A DNA stretch of 64,000 nt from NCBI GenBank assembly GCA_951406725.2, contig OX597815.1:2728001-2792000 (forward strand), given 5' to 3'. Shown piece by piece: positions 38,592-51,530 of the stretch. The translations under genes and the position numbers were made by a program. The notes below the pieces were generated by a model. That model made no database searches, was not told the origin of the DNA, and was given only the letters and a program-made list of their open reading frames with translations. This stretch comes from Octopus vulgaris. Taxonomy: Eukaryota. The first letter of the stretch is position 1. The number at the start of each line of letters is the position of its first letter.

Positions 38592-39163
38592 AATATATAT
38601 ATTAATCTATATGGGCAACAGACACGGACACACATACACACACGTACGTACGTACACCCATTGCATGTTTTGTGCATGCATACATGTTCGTAAACAGAAA
38701 TGAATGATTTAAAATAAATATATTGTAATTGTTGTGTAAGAAAGTATATGCATGGGTATGGCCGCAGCTCTGAACTGAAACAAGAAAAACGAAATACTAT
38801 GATCATAAAATATAGTGTGCCTTTTAAAAACAAAAACAAAACATTTTACATTTTATTTTTTTATGAACTTATTCTCTCTCCCTCTCTCACTTTGTCTTTC
38901 CAGTGAAACTCTCTGCCTCCTTCTTCCACTTTTCTTTATCTTATTTTTTTTTTTTTTTGTTAGACGCCATCGAAAAAGCAATGACTGATATTTGTTATGG
39001 TTAAAAGGTATGGTTGAAAATGGTTGAAAATAGATTTTTACCCTATCCGTGGGTGCCTTGGGAAAAAATAAGTTGACAAAACTCAGATAGGATGTTGAGA
39101 AATGTCCTCCTAAAATTTGAGCAACATGTGTGCTAATTTGTGTATGTGCATAAATTACAATCA

Positions 39164-39200
<37 letters not shown>

Positions 39201-39222
39201 CCACCCTTTTATAGATATGATA

Positions 39223-39612
39223 AACTAGCAGTATCGCCCGGCATTACTCGGGTTTGTTTCAACCCTTTAGAATTGGAATTTTTGAAAAGTAAAAAGTTTG
39301 CATTATGTAGCTTGTTATTCTCTTTAAGTGAACATTTTTCTGGTTGAAATACATCGAAAATGGTGACACAGCAGTCAAAAAATCGTAAAAAATAGGGATT
39401 TTCATAGAAAAAAAGCACGTGTTTGATGTAAATAATTTCTTGGTGTTAACATGATCCGATTTGAATTTTTTTTCTACGGAAGGAAGAGCAAGCCTTCTTC
39501 TATCATACTCTCAATTTTGGTCAACTTGTGCTGCAGGGTCTTGGAGGAGAGAGTGTTAGTTGAAGGCTACCAAATCTGCCATGCACAGACAACTTCAGCT
39601 TTATATAGAGAG
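39223..39612 (-). mobile_element. Non-autonomous Helitron-like element, copy 3
   Basis: Reverse complement of the same ~390-bp element (ACTAGCAGTATCGCCCGG...CTTCAGCTTTATATAGAGA). Confidence 0.75.
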
Positions 39613-40929
39613 AGATTATAAAAATAATTTTAAAAAATATATACAGTACAGTGCTGTTTCTACTTTGCGATTTTTCACCTATTGCGGTGGGTTTTGGAAT
39701 GTAACACCCGTGTTTGTCGAGGGATTGCTGTACTGAATGAAGTAACATTGTGTGTGTAATGGGCACATGTGTGTGTACTTAAGCTTACATTACATTTGTT
39801 TTGGAGATCTAAGCAAAGACCACGCTGGAGCATATATATGTACGGATGTATGTATGAATGTGTGTCTATTGACGAGTGTATTAAGAAATGACTGTTTAGT
39901 GTGTGCGTATAGGATTTATGTGTGCGTGCATGCGTATAAGTACGGGGGAGGGGTATGATTATGTGTGACAACCCATAATCTCCCTACCTCTGCCACCCTC
40001 GTATCATTTCGTCACCTTGTTTACCTGACAGTCAGCAACTAGTACAGCTGTTTTTTTTCTTTTCTTTTTTTTTCCTTAACTGCCACAGAGAGAGAGAGAG
40101 AAAGAAAGAGCGACTGAGTACGCGACAAGGAGGAGAGGGTGAGAGAGAGAGAGGAGGCTGGTGGGTATGTATGTATAAGAGAGAGTTAAAAGAAAAAGAG
40201 ATACGAGTGAAGGAGAGAGTGAGTGAAGAAAGATGGTAGGAGAGCAGAAATGTAAGGACGAAGAGTGAAATGGTGAAAGAAAGAGGAAAGAGAGAGTAGG
40301 TGAAGCAAGATGAAAAAGATGGAGGTAGAAAGAGGAAGAAATGGTTATACATGGAGAAGATAAAATAAGGAAACAAAGCAATCTGGTTTCCCCAACTCTC
40401 CTTGTACTGCAGGCAGCCTCACAACTTGTCCACAGTTTCATATCAAAGTGGGATTCTGATCAAGGTGTGCACACTTGTGCAGAGAAGCATAAAAAAGACT
40501 GTTCCTTGCTAAAATTTGCATACAAATGAGGAATGCATATAAACAGCTTTATTAGCATACAATATGCATTGGCATATTCTAAATTCCCATTTATAAATGA
40601 ATTTGCAGAGCTAGGATACCAAATATCTCGCACAGATAGATATGCATAAATCTATTGCAGGCAGAGATGCAATACATTCATAGCAGAGATGCACGCATGA
40701 ATGCATTTAGATAATTATACACATACAAATCTATACGCACACATGTGGCCCGTGTGATAAAAAGTTTGCTTCCCAACCACGTGGTCCCAGGTTCAGTTGC
40801 ACTGTGTAGCATCTTCAGCAAATGCCATTCATTAGGGCCCCCAAGCTGACCAAAATTGGGAGAGTAAATTTGGTAGGCAGAAATGGAAAGAAGTCCATCA
40901 TATATAAAACCCTTCTTACATATCGAGCA

Positions 40930-41965
40930 GGGCCATCTCCTTCAACTCCTTTCAGGGAGATGGCTTCGCTTTGTATGTAAGAAGGGTTTAGCAGAAACCC
41001 CATACATTGGATCCAGTGCAAGCTTTGGACATGTAAGAGGTGCAGTGGTATCACAGGAAGGTTAACGGAAAATATAGTCTTTGTGTGTGGCAAATATGCA
41101 GGTAGAATAAGCACTAAAAATGCACAGACAGTAGACTCCCTCAAATGCTTGTGGGAATCATTAGAAGTAGTAGATAGCTTCTGTTACCTAGGAGACCAAG
41201 TTAGCAGGGGAGGAGGGAACTCTGAAAGTGTAGTTGCTAGGATAAGAACAGGCTGGGCAAAGTTCAGAGAGCTTCTACTTTTGTTGGTAACTAAGGGCTT
41301 CTCTCCTCCAGAGTGAAAAGCAGACTGTATGATGCCTGTGTACGTACAGCTATGCTGCATAGTAGTGAAACATGGGCTCTGACAACAGAGGATTTGCAAA
41401 GGCTTGAAAGAAATGAAAGCAGCATGCTTTGCTTGATGGGTAATGTCAGTGTGCATGCATGACAGAGCGTAAATGATTTGAGAGAGAAACTAGGTAACAT
41501 ATGAGGCATCATATGTTGTGTGCAAGAGAAAGAAGACTGTGCTGGTTTGGTCATGTGATGCATATGGATGAGGATAGCTGTATAAAGAAGTGCTTTACGT
41601 TATTTACATTTGATGGATATTTGTCCTAATCTTGTTTGTTGTTAACACAACATTTCGGCTAATAGTAATAATAATAACATCAAAAAATGCCTTAGGAATG
41701 AGAAGCCAGGTTCGAAATTTCCGCAAGACACCTGATGAAGTCTGGAGGGTATATCAGCCGAAACATTGTGTTAACAGCAAACAAAATGAGGACAAATATC
41801 CGTCAAATGTAAATAATCTAAATAATGTAAATAATTCCTCATCTCTTAAATATAGAACTGTAAAGAAGTGCTGAGCTCTACTTGTAGAGGGTGCTTGTGG
41901 AAGGGGTAGGCCCAGGAAGATGTGGGACAAAGTGGTGAGAAAGGCCCTTCAGATGCTGGGCTTCC
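40930..41965 (+). mobile_element. RTE-type LINE ORF 3' region (decayed), interrupted at 41595-41860
   Basis: Cys-rich motif remnants, LEVVDSFCYLGD...RIRTGWAKFRELL, LYDACVRTAMLHSSETWAL, WFGHVMHMDEDSCIKKC, then VEGACGRGRPRKMWDKVV after the insertion. Confidence 0.85.
41595..41860 (+). mobile_element. Dispersed copy of the hammerhead element with an inverted 5' fragment, inserted in an RTE LINE
   Basis: CTGATGA 41732-41738 ... CAGCC-GAAA-CA-TT-GTGTT at ~41755-41772. Inverted partial copy at 41597-41660. Direct repeat TAAAGAAGTGCT on both sides (41583-41594, 41861-41872). Confidence 0.85.
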
Positions 41966-42689
41966 TGTACCTCAAAAGGGTTTTTGACAGGTCCTCTGAT
42001 ATTTGTGAGACCGATATTGTTGATGAGGTTTGTCTCTTGAATGATAGTAAATAAATGACTGGAGGAATGACATGAGTGGGGAGAGAAGTCCAGAGGGATC
42101 ACAAGTGGAAGAAGAAGGATTGGCTATATTGGATAATATTAGATTGTATGAGACTACAACAAGGGCAATGAGATTAGGGCAGAAGAGTGAGTGAGTAAGC
42201 TTGGGTGAGAGTGGCTCATTGCAAGATGGCACAAAAGAGCACATGTCATTGTAGTATTGATTAAGAAAATGTGGCATGAGGGGGGAGAGAGAGAGAGAGA
42301 GCACATCTATAGACTAGCAGCTGAAGTATTACACCAGACAGGGTAGCCCCAATATCTCGGTTTCTTTATTAGCCACAAGGGCCCAAATATAACAAGGACA
42401 GACAGGACACCAGAAAGGGGACAATACATAGAACGAATATGATGAGATGGTTATACAAAAATGGGGTTATGAATGGCTGCATGTGCCCCTCATCACATGC
42501 ATTACCATTAATCTTTTTAAACTGTCCGTTTTTATCATGTATTTACATAACACTTAATTAGCCCCAGAATCTCATCAGTAGAAAGACAGCTATCCCTTTC
42601 CCTTGATCATACTCCAGCTTCTCAACTGGCACACAGCCCCTTTTCTCAGCTGAGAGGTCCTTGTCATGCAAGGTACTTGGCAAACCCAC

Positions 42690-43200
42690 AGGTGCTGGTT
42701 TCACGTCTAATGCATCCATGCTGGTTCCATGTCAAATGCCCCTGTACTGGTGCCACATCAAATGCAACCATGCTGGTTCCACGTCAAATGCACCCGTGCT
42801 GGTGCCCATGTCAACTGCACCCGTGCTGGTTCCATGTCAAGTGCACCCATGCTGGTTCCATGTCAAGTGCACCCATGCTGGTTCCATGTCAAGTGCACCC
42901 ATGCTGGTTCCATGTCAAGTGCACCCATGCTGGTTCCATGTCAAGTGCACCCATGCTGGTTCCATGTCAAGTGCACCCATGCTGGTTCCATGTCAACTGC
43001 ACCCGTGCTGGTGCCCATGTCAACTCTACCCGTGCTGGTGCCCATGTCAACTGCACCCGTGCTGGTTCCACGTCAAATGCACCTGTGCTGGTTCCACGTC
43101 AAATGCACCTGTGCTGGTGCCCATGTCAACTGCACCCATGCTGGTGCCCATGTCAACTGCACCTGTGCTGGTGCCCATGTCAACTGCACCCATGCTGGTA
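42690..43200 (+). repeat. 26/27-bp minisatellite (~19 units, TGCTGGTTCCATGTCAAGTGCACCCA) at the 5' side of a family C copy ending ~43357
   Basis: Direct tandem units; the last unit grades into the family C body. Confidence 0.9.
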
Positions 43201-44418
43201 CCACACAAGAAGCGCCTACTACACTGTAAAACAGTTGGCATTAGGAAGGGCATCCAGCTATAGAAACCATGTCAAAACAGACAACTGGAACCTGGTGCAG
43301 CTCCTGTCAAACTGTGCTACCCATTCCAGCATGGAAAACAGATGTCAAATGATGATGATAACACACACACACACACACACACACGGGCAATCATTACTTC
43401 CTCGTGCAGATGCTGGAACCATTTATATTTGTAGTTCATGTAGTTATCTCTTAGATGTATCATTTTGTGGGAAGCATTCACACCAGATATCGCATGTCCC
43501 TTATCCATCTATAGTGTTTTGGACAAACCTATAATGAGAGCCATTCCATCTGTGACAAACCAGCTTTATGAATATCTAGCATTTTATTGTGCAGGTTGTG
43601 TGTCTTTTTTAAGATAATTGTGTATGACCTGAAGGAGACTTGGCTGATATTTCTAGCAAATCAACGGACCATGTAGTGATTCTCTTGTTGGCTCATACAG
43701 GTTTTTCTTGTAGACATCATGAGCCCTGAGGATAGGGAATGGCATATTTTGATGTTAATGGTTTTCCTAAAGGGAACAGGAACAGCAAATAGAACATTTA
43801 TGGATGGAAATCATATCTAATTATAGACATCTCACCCTCCTCACACACAGGCTGTGGGAGATGGGATATAAGGAGTACAGAAAACCTGGACTTGGGAATT
43901 TCCAGAGCTCTCAGAAAATGTTTACATATATTGAAGACTAACATATGTTGAAGGGCCCCAAAAGTAACTTTGTATCTCTGATAAAATTCCTCTGAGAGGC
44001 CCTACATATGCGAGCATGTACCCCCTCTTCACAGTCTACAACATTGGTTGTAGTCTAAAAACACCACCTGGCTTAATACCATCCCTATCAACACCACCCC
44101 ACCTCCACCACATTGCTTGAGTCAATAATGGAATGTTTAATTGGCCACCCATCTCGCTAGAAATAGAAGCCAAATCTTCCTTGCATCACACCCAATCAGC
44201 TTAACCCTTTTAATGGGGAAATGTATATCTACTCAAAATTTCATTAGCTTTAACTGTGGAAAGAAGTTTTATTTACCAATCAACCTTTTGTTGAGACACA
44301 TTTTAATTCAAAACTTAACACAAATTAATACGACTTGCAGAAAAAAGCAATTTTATTTTCTGTAGATATTTAATGACATTATGTGAATGACTACGAAATT
44401 TAATTTTATAGTTAATGT

Positions 44419-44822
44419 AGGCATAGGAGTGGCTGTGTGATAAGTAGCTTGCTAATGAACCACATGGTTTTGGGTTCAGTCCCATTGCGTGGCACCTTAG
44501 GCAAGTGTCTTCTGCTATAGCCTCGGGCCGACTAAAGCCTTGTGAGTGGATTTGGTAGATGGAAACTGAAAGAAGCCCGTCGTATATATGTATATATGCA
44601 TGTGTGTGTATATGTTTGTGTCTGTGTTTGTCCCCCCAGCATCGCTTGACAACCGATGCTGGTGTGTTTACCGCCTTGTAACTTAGCAGTTCGGCAAAAG
44701 AGATCGCTAGAATAAGTACTAGGCTTACAAAGAATAAGTCCTGGGGTCAATTTGCTCAACTAAAGGCGCTGCTCCAGAATGGTCACAGTCACATGACTGA
44801 AACAAGTAAAAGAGTAAAAGAG
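44419..44822 (+). mobile_element. SINE family A
   Basis: Full-length copy. Confidence 0.9.
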
Positions 44823-45076
44823 TTAAAGAAGGGGCTGGTACCACATGAAATGAGCCGGCACCACATGAAAACAAATGGAACCTAGTGTAGCTCTCCAGCT
44901 CCTGTCAAACCGTCCACTCCATGCCAGCATGGAAAATAGACATAAAACAAGGAGTAATTTCTATATTGCTCAACTCCTTCATGAACTAAATTCACTCTTT
45001 AGAGAGAGTACATTAGAAGACGGCAATGTGCTCCATGAAAATAGGTGACATTGAAAATATACGTATTTTGATCTAT

Positions 45077-45518
45077 TTAACCCTTGCTTTACTGTATTTC
45101 TGTTGAGATGCTCTGTTTCTTTCAATTATTTCAAATATAACAAAGAATTTTTGTAAAACAACTTAGTTATTATCATTCAGCTAGTGTTAGGAACATAAAT
45201 TTTAACTAAGGTTTGGTGGAAGGCTTTTATTTGTATTACAGAGCCAGGATGGTAACGAAAGGGTTAAGAATTGTTGCTCTATTATATATTTTAACCCTTT
45301 TGTTACCATATTTTTGTTGAGATGTTCTGTGTTTCTTTGAATTACTTTATAACAAAGTATTTAGTAAAATAACTTAGTTATTATCATTCAGCTAGTGTTA
45401 GGAACATAAATTGTGACTGAGGTTTGGTGGAAGGTTTTTATTCAAAACTTATGAAAACAAGACATTTGTATTACAGAGCCAGAGACGGTTTCAGCCGGGT
45501 TGGTAACAAAAGGGTTGA
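45077..45518. mobile_element. Two adjacent copies of a TTAA-CCCT...AGGG-TTAA (piggyBac-type) MITE
   Basis: Copy 1 at 45077-45267, copy 2 at 45291-45518; TIR CCCTTTTGTTACCA / TGGTAACAAAAGGG; shared internal sequence. Confidence 0.75.
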
Positions 45519-48060
45519 TGTTCTTTTTATTTGAATATTATTTTACCTTCTCTTAATTCTCTCTTGAATATACAGTTATATGTCAATGAAACAAAGTCTT
45601 ATTTATTCCAGGCATAAAACAACAGGTTGTGCACTAGTGTCTTATATACTAAGTATTAATAGTTTTGGTGTGAACAGGCAGTTTATACCTTTCCTACCCA
45701 GAGGACAAATCTCTGATGCAAGTATGCATACTCATTCAAATGTACTGGGTGACATGCATGAAAACCTACATTTGGGAATATATTTTCAGAAACAACATAT
45801 ACTTGCATATCAAAACATACATATATTTGTGTACGCAAATGCACACAAACATAAACTCAGTCAGAAATACGTAAACATGATCACATGCACAAATCCACAG
45901 CTGTACACACATGCGCAGACGTTACCCTTTCACAGGACCATACTTTTATGGTAACAACTGCACACACACATACATACACACATGCACTATGAAATACAGG
46001 ATTGCAAGAGCATACACACACACACACACACACACACATGGGATGCTCAGAAACATATTCACAGAAAGAACCACACGCATGCACACACATATATAAATGA
46101 ACATGTGAAAATGTACAAAAATGCACAAGACATGCACACACAAGAATGCACATATGCACACATACACAAACCCAGACATGCATACATGAACTTATAAGCA
46201 CCCATGAACATATACACACACGTGCATAATTGAATGTATACGCACATATACATACTTGAACATGTACGTATGCATATGCAAATGTGCATATACAAGGGTA
46301 CATGCACATAATTGTACACAAATGTTCCAATAAAACAACACACACACACACACACACACACACATGGCAGCAAAATGACAAAGGTGTCAGAGTAGTGGAC
46401 AGAATGACTTGCAGTATTTGTTCTGACTCTCTGCACCCTGAGTTCAAATCCTGCCAAGGTCTGCTTTCAAGGTCAGTTAAAATAGTACCAATTCACAGTG
46501 GTGGATTAGCAGAACAGTTAGAGGGATCAAGTAAGGTGCCTTGTGCTATTTGTTTTAGCTAATTTTCTATTCTGACAGCAATGTCTGTGGGTGGCATTGG
46601 TGCCAAGCTGTATTGGCCCAATTCTATGGCATCTTCCTTGGATAAATATCAATAGAGAGGAGAGGGAAGAAATTTGCATACATGGGCAAATACTAGTCTT
46701 TCATTCAAAATATTTTGACCAGCTCTGCACATACATGTCATCATCATTTAATGTCCGCTTTCCATGCTGGCATGAGTTGGACAGTTTGACTCAGGACTGG
46801 CAAGCCAGGAGGCCGCAGAAGGCTCCAATCTGATCTGGCAAGGTTTCTACAGCTGGATGCCCTTCCTAACGCCAACCACTCCGAGAGTGTAGTGGGTGCT
46901 TTTTACATGCCATCGGTATAGGGACAGTACTGGCATCGACTGCACATGAATGGTGCTTTTACATGCCACTGGCATGAGAGCCAGACAGGTGGCACTGACA
47001 ATGACCACATTCAAATGGTGCTTTTTACGTGCCACCAGCATGGGAGCCAGTCAGGAGGCCCTGACAACGACCATACTTGAATGGTGCTTTTTTTGAATGG
47101 TGCACAGGTATCACAACTACAATTTCCATTTGATTTTTTGATCTAGAAATAAATCAATATCTATAACAGATCAATACCTGGTACATATATAACTATAGAA
47201 GTACCAGGCACACAGTACCCAGAATATTTTGCAATAGATTACATATACACATAGCTGCAGATATAACTCCATATATAATACCGAATACACATATACAACC
47301 AGGGCTTCTGAGATGAAATTTCACGAAGTGACACAAAGTTTCTTTTTGATTCCTTTACAAACATGAATTATTATGTGTATCTCTGGAATTCTAGGAAGTT
47401 CCTGGGCTCACCTATGTCCCTCTCGCAGCTTCCTAATGACCATCACCCTCATGCATAGTTCAGATGCGAGTACATAAGGGTAGATTTTTCTATAGCTGGG
47501 CACCCTCCCTGATGCTAAATCCCACCCGTTTCCAAGTGAGGCAATAAATCACACACAGTCTATTAAACAACAAGCAACCTAAACATGTTTATGTGGAGAC
47601 CTGGAAACAAACGGCACTGACACAAGTATTTCTGTTTATGCTAATTAAGCTACATGAGAAAACATGTAAAGAAGCCTGGCCATGCATTCATCATGGACTG
47701 CATGCAAATGACATCTTTAGCATTAGCAAAACTATCATTTACAAATCTGTGAATGAACACATGTAGACTTGGGAGCTACAGACTTGCTCTCAGAAGCACA
47801 CACACTCACATAGATGTGTGTGTGTGTGTGTGTGAATAAAGAATGGGGGAAATGAAAAGTGGAGTTTGTAAGAATTTTTATTCAACACAACAATTGTTTT
47901 GACCCAACCTGCATCAGTCCCTGAACGATGTGGTTCGGAAGCAAACTTCATACCACACAGCCATGCCTGTACCTATACTTAGAACAAGCAGGCAGAAACG
48001 TTAGCACGCCGGGTGAAATGCATAGCCGTATTTCGTCTGCCATTACGTCCTGAGTTCAAA

Positions 48061-48300
48061 TATTTGAGAAATGAGGTATCATGTACATTTACATTTTCGG
48101 CAGATATTTGTCTTCATCTTGTTTGTTGTTAACACAATGTCTCGGCTGATATACCCTCCAGCCTTCATCAGGTGCTTTGGGGAAATTTCAGAACCTGGGT
48201 TCTCATTCCTAAGGCATTTTTCGATATTATTATTATTAATATTCAGGTCACTGCCTGGAATCGAACTTGGGCATATAGCGTAGTGGTTAAGAGCGTGGGC
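48061..48300 (-). mobile_element. Hammerhead element copy adjoining a tRNA-like head (B box on minus strand, inverted A-box fragment)
   Basis: TCATCAG 48165-48171 with the same stem II. After the (ATT)n tract the minus strand reads GTTCGATTCC (48257-48266, B box), then + strand TAGCGTAGTGG (48276-48286, A box). Confidence 0.7.
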
Positions 48301-49657
48301 TTATTCTTGCCTAATGTTGTCTTTGGCCATTTTCTCTTTTAACTGTAACTCTTAAAGAAATGCAGGGACGGAGGGAGCAAGTGAAATTGATGGTGCAGCA
48401 AGAAATGGTGCAACTGCACAGTACAGTGGAGAGAAAAATTGGAATCTGGATATAGCGAGGTCAAACTATATCATTCAGTCAACTACCTGGACCTGGTCAA
48501 TCAAAACTGACCAGTAGCTGCACAACAACTATGGACATCTTTATGGTCACTTGCTTAATTACCATCATCATTTAATGTTAGTCTTCCAGGTCAGCATGGG
48601 TTGGGTGGGATCTGGTGAACCAGTGGATTATGTCAACCTTCAAGGTCTGCTTTGGCATGGTTTCTATGGCTGGGTGCCCTGTCTAATACCAAACACTTTA
48701 CAGAGTGTACTGGAATGCTTTTTATGTGGCACCAGCACTAATGAAGTCACCAAGAAACTCACAAGACACGACCACTCAACCGAGTGGGAGAGGAGTATTG
48801 AGGGAGGTGGGTTTGTGGCCATGTGATGTGAGGCTGAAGAATGATAAGAGGACTGAAACAGAAAGGGTCTTGCAGTGGTGGAGATAGATGGCTGCCTCGC
48901 TTGGAAAAGAGAGGAAAGTGAAAGAAAGACAAGATGGTGGTGAAGATGTGCCTGGTTGGGCCCTAAAGTTACAAGGAGGTGAATAAGTTGAGAGAGTGGG
49001 GTAGGGTGACAGATGGATAGAAATGGGGATAGAGGGGAATGCAGGGATTGGTGAACTCAGGTGGATGGGTTGGTGATAGGTAGAGGAGAGATTCATTAGG
49101 GATGCATGGTGTGTAGGGGCACAAACATAAAATAATTTTAGGGCCCCATTTTTGCTTTGATTGTTGGGTCTTCTTGAACCAAATCTTACAAAGCATGTTC
49201 CACTGTCTTTTTTTTTTATGAAAGACATCAGGTTTTAAGGGAGAAATCTTAGAACAATATATATTTAATGTCAAAGTCATTTGGATCTGTTAGGGAAATG
49301 TCACTTGGTTCTCCAAAAGATGTTAATTAGATGAAATATAAATCTCTTGCTGGCATCAAGCAGTTTGGTAAACTGAAGTGATGCTCAGATGAAAGAAAGG
49401 ACAACCGAAATAAGCAACAAAGCAATACACACACATGTGCATATATACACACACATATACACATGTGCACACATACAGACACATACACATATATACATGC
49501 ACATGCACATATACATGCACATGCATATACACATATGCACATGCATATACACATATGCACATGCATATACACATATATACATGCACATACACATATACAT
49601 GCACATACATATACACATAAACAAGCACATATATACATATGTGCATACATATACATG

Positions 49658-49707
<50 letters not shown>

Positions 49708-49873
49708 CTATATTTTGCAGAAGCATGAGGAAGACATGGGGAAAAAGTGGTGAAGGTTTGATTTCAGAATGAGGACTCTAGCAAAAGGGATGACAAAGGA
49801 CTGCAATAAGGGAGAAGATGCTGTGGTAGATGGGTTCTGACTAATCCATACAGAAAATAGAATGGAAAATGAT

Positions 49874-49931
<58 letters not shown>

Positions 49932-50540
49932 TTGTACGGCTAAGGTAATGTATGCTTGTATGATATGGGTGAAGTGATGTGTGTATGTGTGTGATTGAGA
50001 CAGCAGGTAGTAGTGGTATGTGTATTAATGTGTGTATGCATCCGTACAAAATGTGGAGGTATGTTTATGTATGTGTAGTATCTTAGATTAGTTTAGGGGT
50101 CAAAAGGGAGAAATGGGGACTCGTGAGTTAGCAAGCTTTTAAGATGAAACTTTTTTTTTTCAATTTCTCACTACCTTAGTGTGTAGTTACCACCACCACC
50201 ACCGTACACATAACTCTTTCTCTTTCATACATCCATATAGCCACAACAACAACAACAACACGTAGGCAAGCCAACCCATGGGAAGTAAGGTTGCCAGAAT
50301 GACATTCACTCATTGCTGGATTGGATCCAAGATCCTTAATACCAAATACATCTCAAATATTCACGTGAGGAATTACCTTTGTGTGTGTGTGTGTGTGTGT
50401 TGCTATTTTCTGGTCTGTATTATTTATGAGACGTAGTGCAAATATATGAGGAAAAAAGTATTCTCAATTCTGTACAATCATTCACAAACATGTGGTGTGT
50501 ATACACATTCAAACATAGACACATTCAAATTTATCGACCC

Positions 50541-51133
50541 CTTTACTACCCACAAGGGGCTAAACACAGAGGGGACAAACAAGGACAGACAAATGGATTA
50601 AGTCGATTACATCGACCCCAGTGCGTAACTGGTACTTAATTTATCGACCCCGAAAGGATGAAAGGCAAAGTCGATCTCGGTGGAATTTGAACTCAGAACG
50701 TAACGGCAGACAAAATACCCATTTCTTTACTACCCACAATGGGCTAAACACAGAGAGGACAAACAAGGACAGACAAACGGATTAAGTCGATTACATCGAC
50801 CCCAGTGCGTAACTGGTACTTAATTTATCGATCCCGAAAGGTATGAAAGGCAAAGTCGATCATGGTGGAATTTGAACTCAGAACGTAACGGCAGACAAAA
50901 TACCCATTTCTTTACTACCCACAATGGGCTAAACACAGAGAGGACAAACAAGGACAGACAAATGGATTAAGTCGATTACATCGACCCCAGTGCGTAACTG
51001 GTACTTAATTTATCGACCCCGAAAGGATGAAAGGCAAAGTCGACCTCGGCGAAATTTGAACTCAGAACGTAACGGCAGACGAAATACGGCTACGCATTTC
51101 ACCCGGCGTGCTAACGTTTCTGCCAGCTCGCCA
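50541..51133 (-). mobile_element. SINE family B tandem trimer (~185-bp period)
   Basis: CTTTACTACCCACAA starts at ~50541, 50724 and 50910; only the last unit has the head. Confidence 0.9.
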
Positions 51134-51294
51134 CACGATAATGTGAGGTAGTTTAACTAAGGTAACATGTATGCATGTATGTGTGTATGTACATATATGC
51201 ATGTGTATGTCTGTCCATGTTTGCATGTGTATGCGTGTATATGTGCATTAGTGTGTGCATATGAGATTTTCGGCAGTGGTATATCTTTATATAA

Positions 51295-51530
51295 GACAGC
51301 GAACTGGCAGAAACGTTAACACGCCGGGCGAAATGCTTAGCAGTATTTCATCTGCCGCTATGTTCCGAGTTCAAATTCCGCCAAGGTCGACTTTGCCTTT
51401 CATCCTTTCGGGGTTGATTAAATAAGTACCAGTTATGCACTGGGATCGATATAATCGGCTTGATCCCTTTGTCTGTCCTTATTTGTCCTCTCTGTGTTTA
51501 GCCCCTTGTGGGTTGTAAAGAAATAGGTAT
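51295..51530 (+). mobile_element. SINE family B
   Basis: TSD GGTATATCTTTATAT on both sides. Confidence 0.9.

Noticed and set aside
42661-43534. 200-285 aa Cys/His-rich repeat ORFs
   Set aside because: They are translations of a minisatellite plus a family C repeat, open in several frames.
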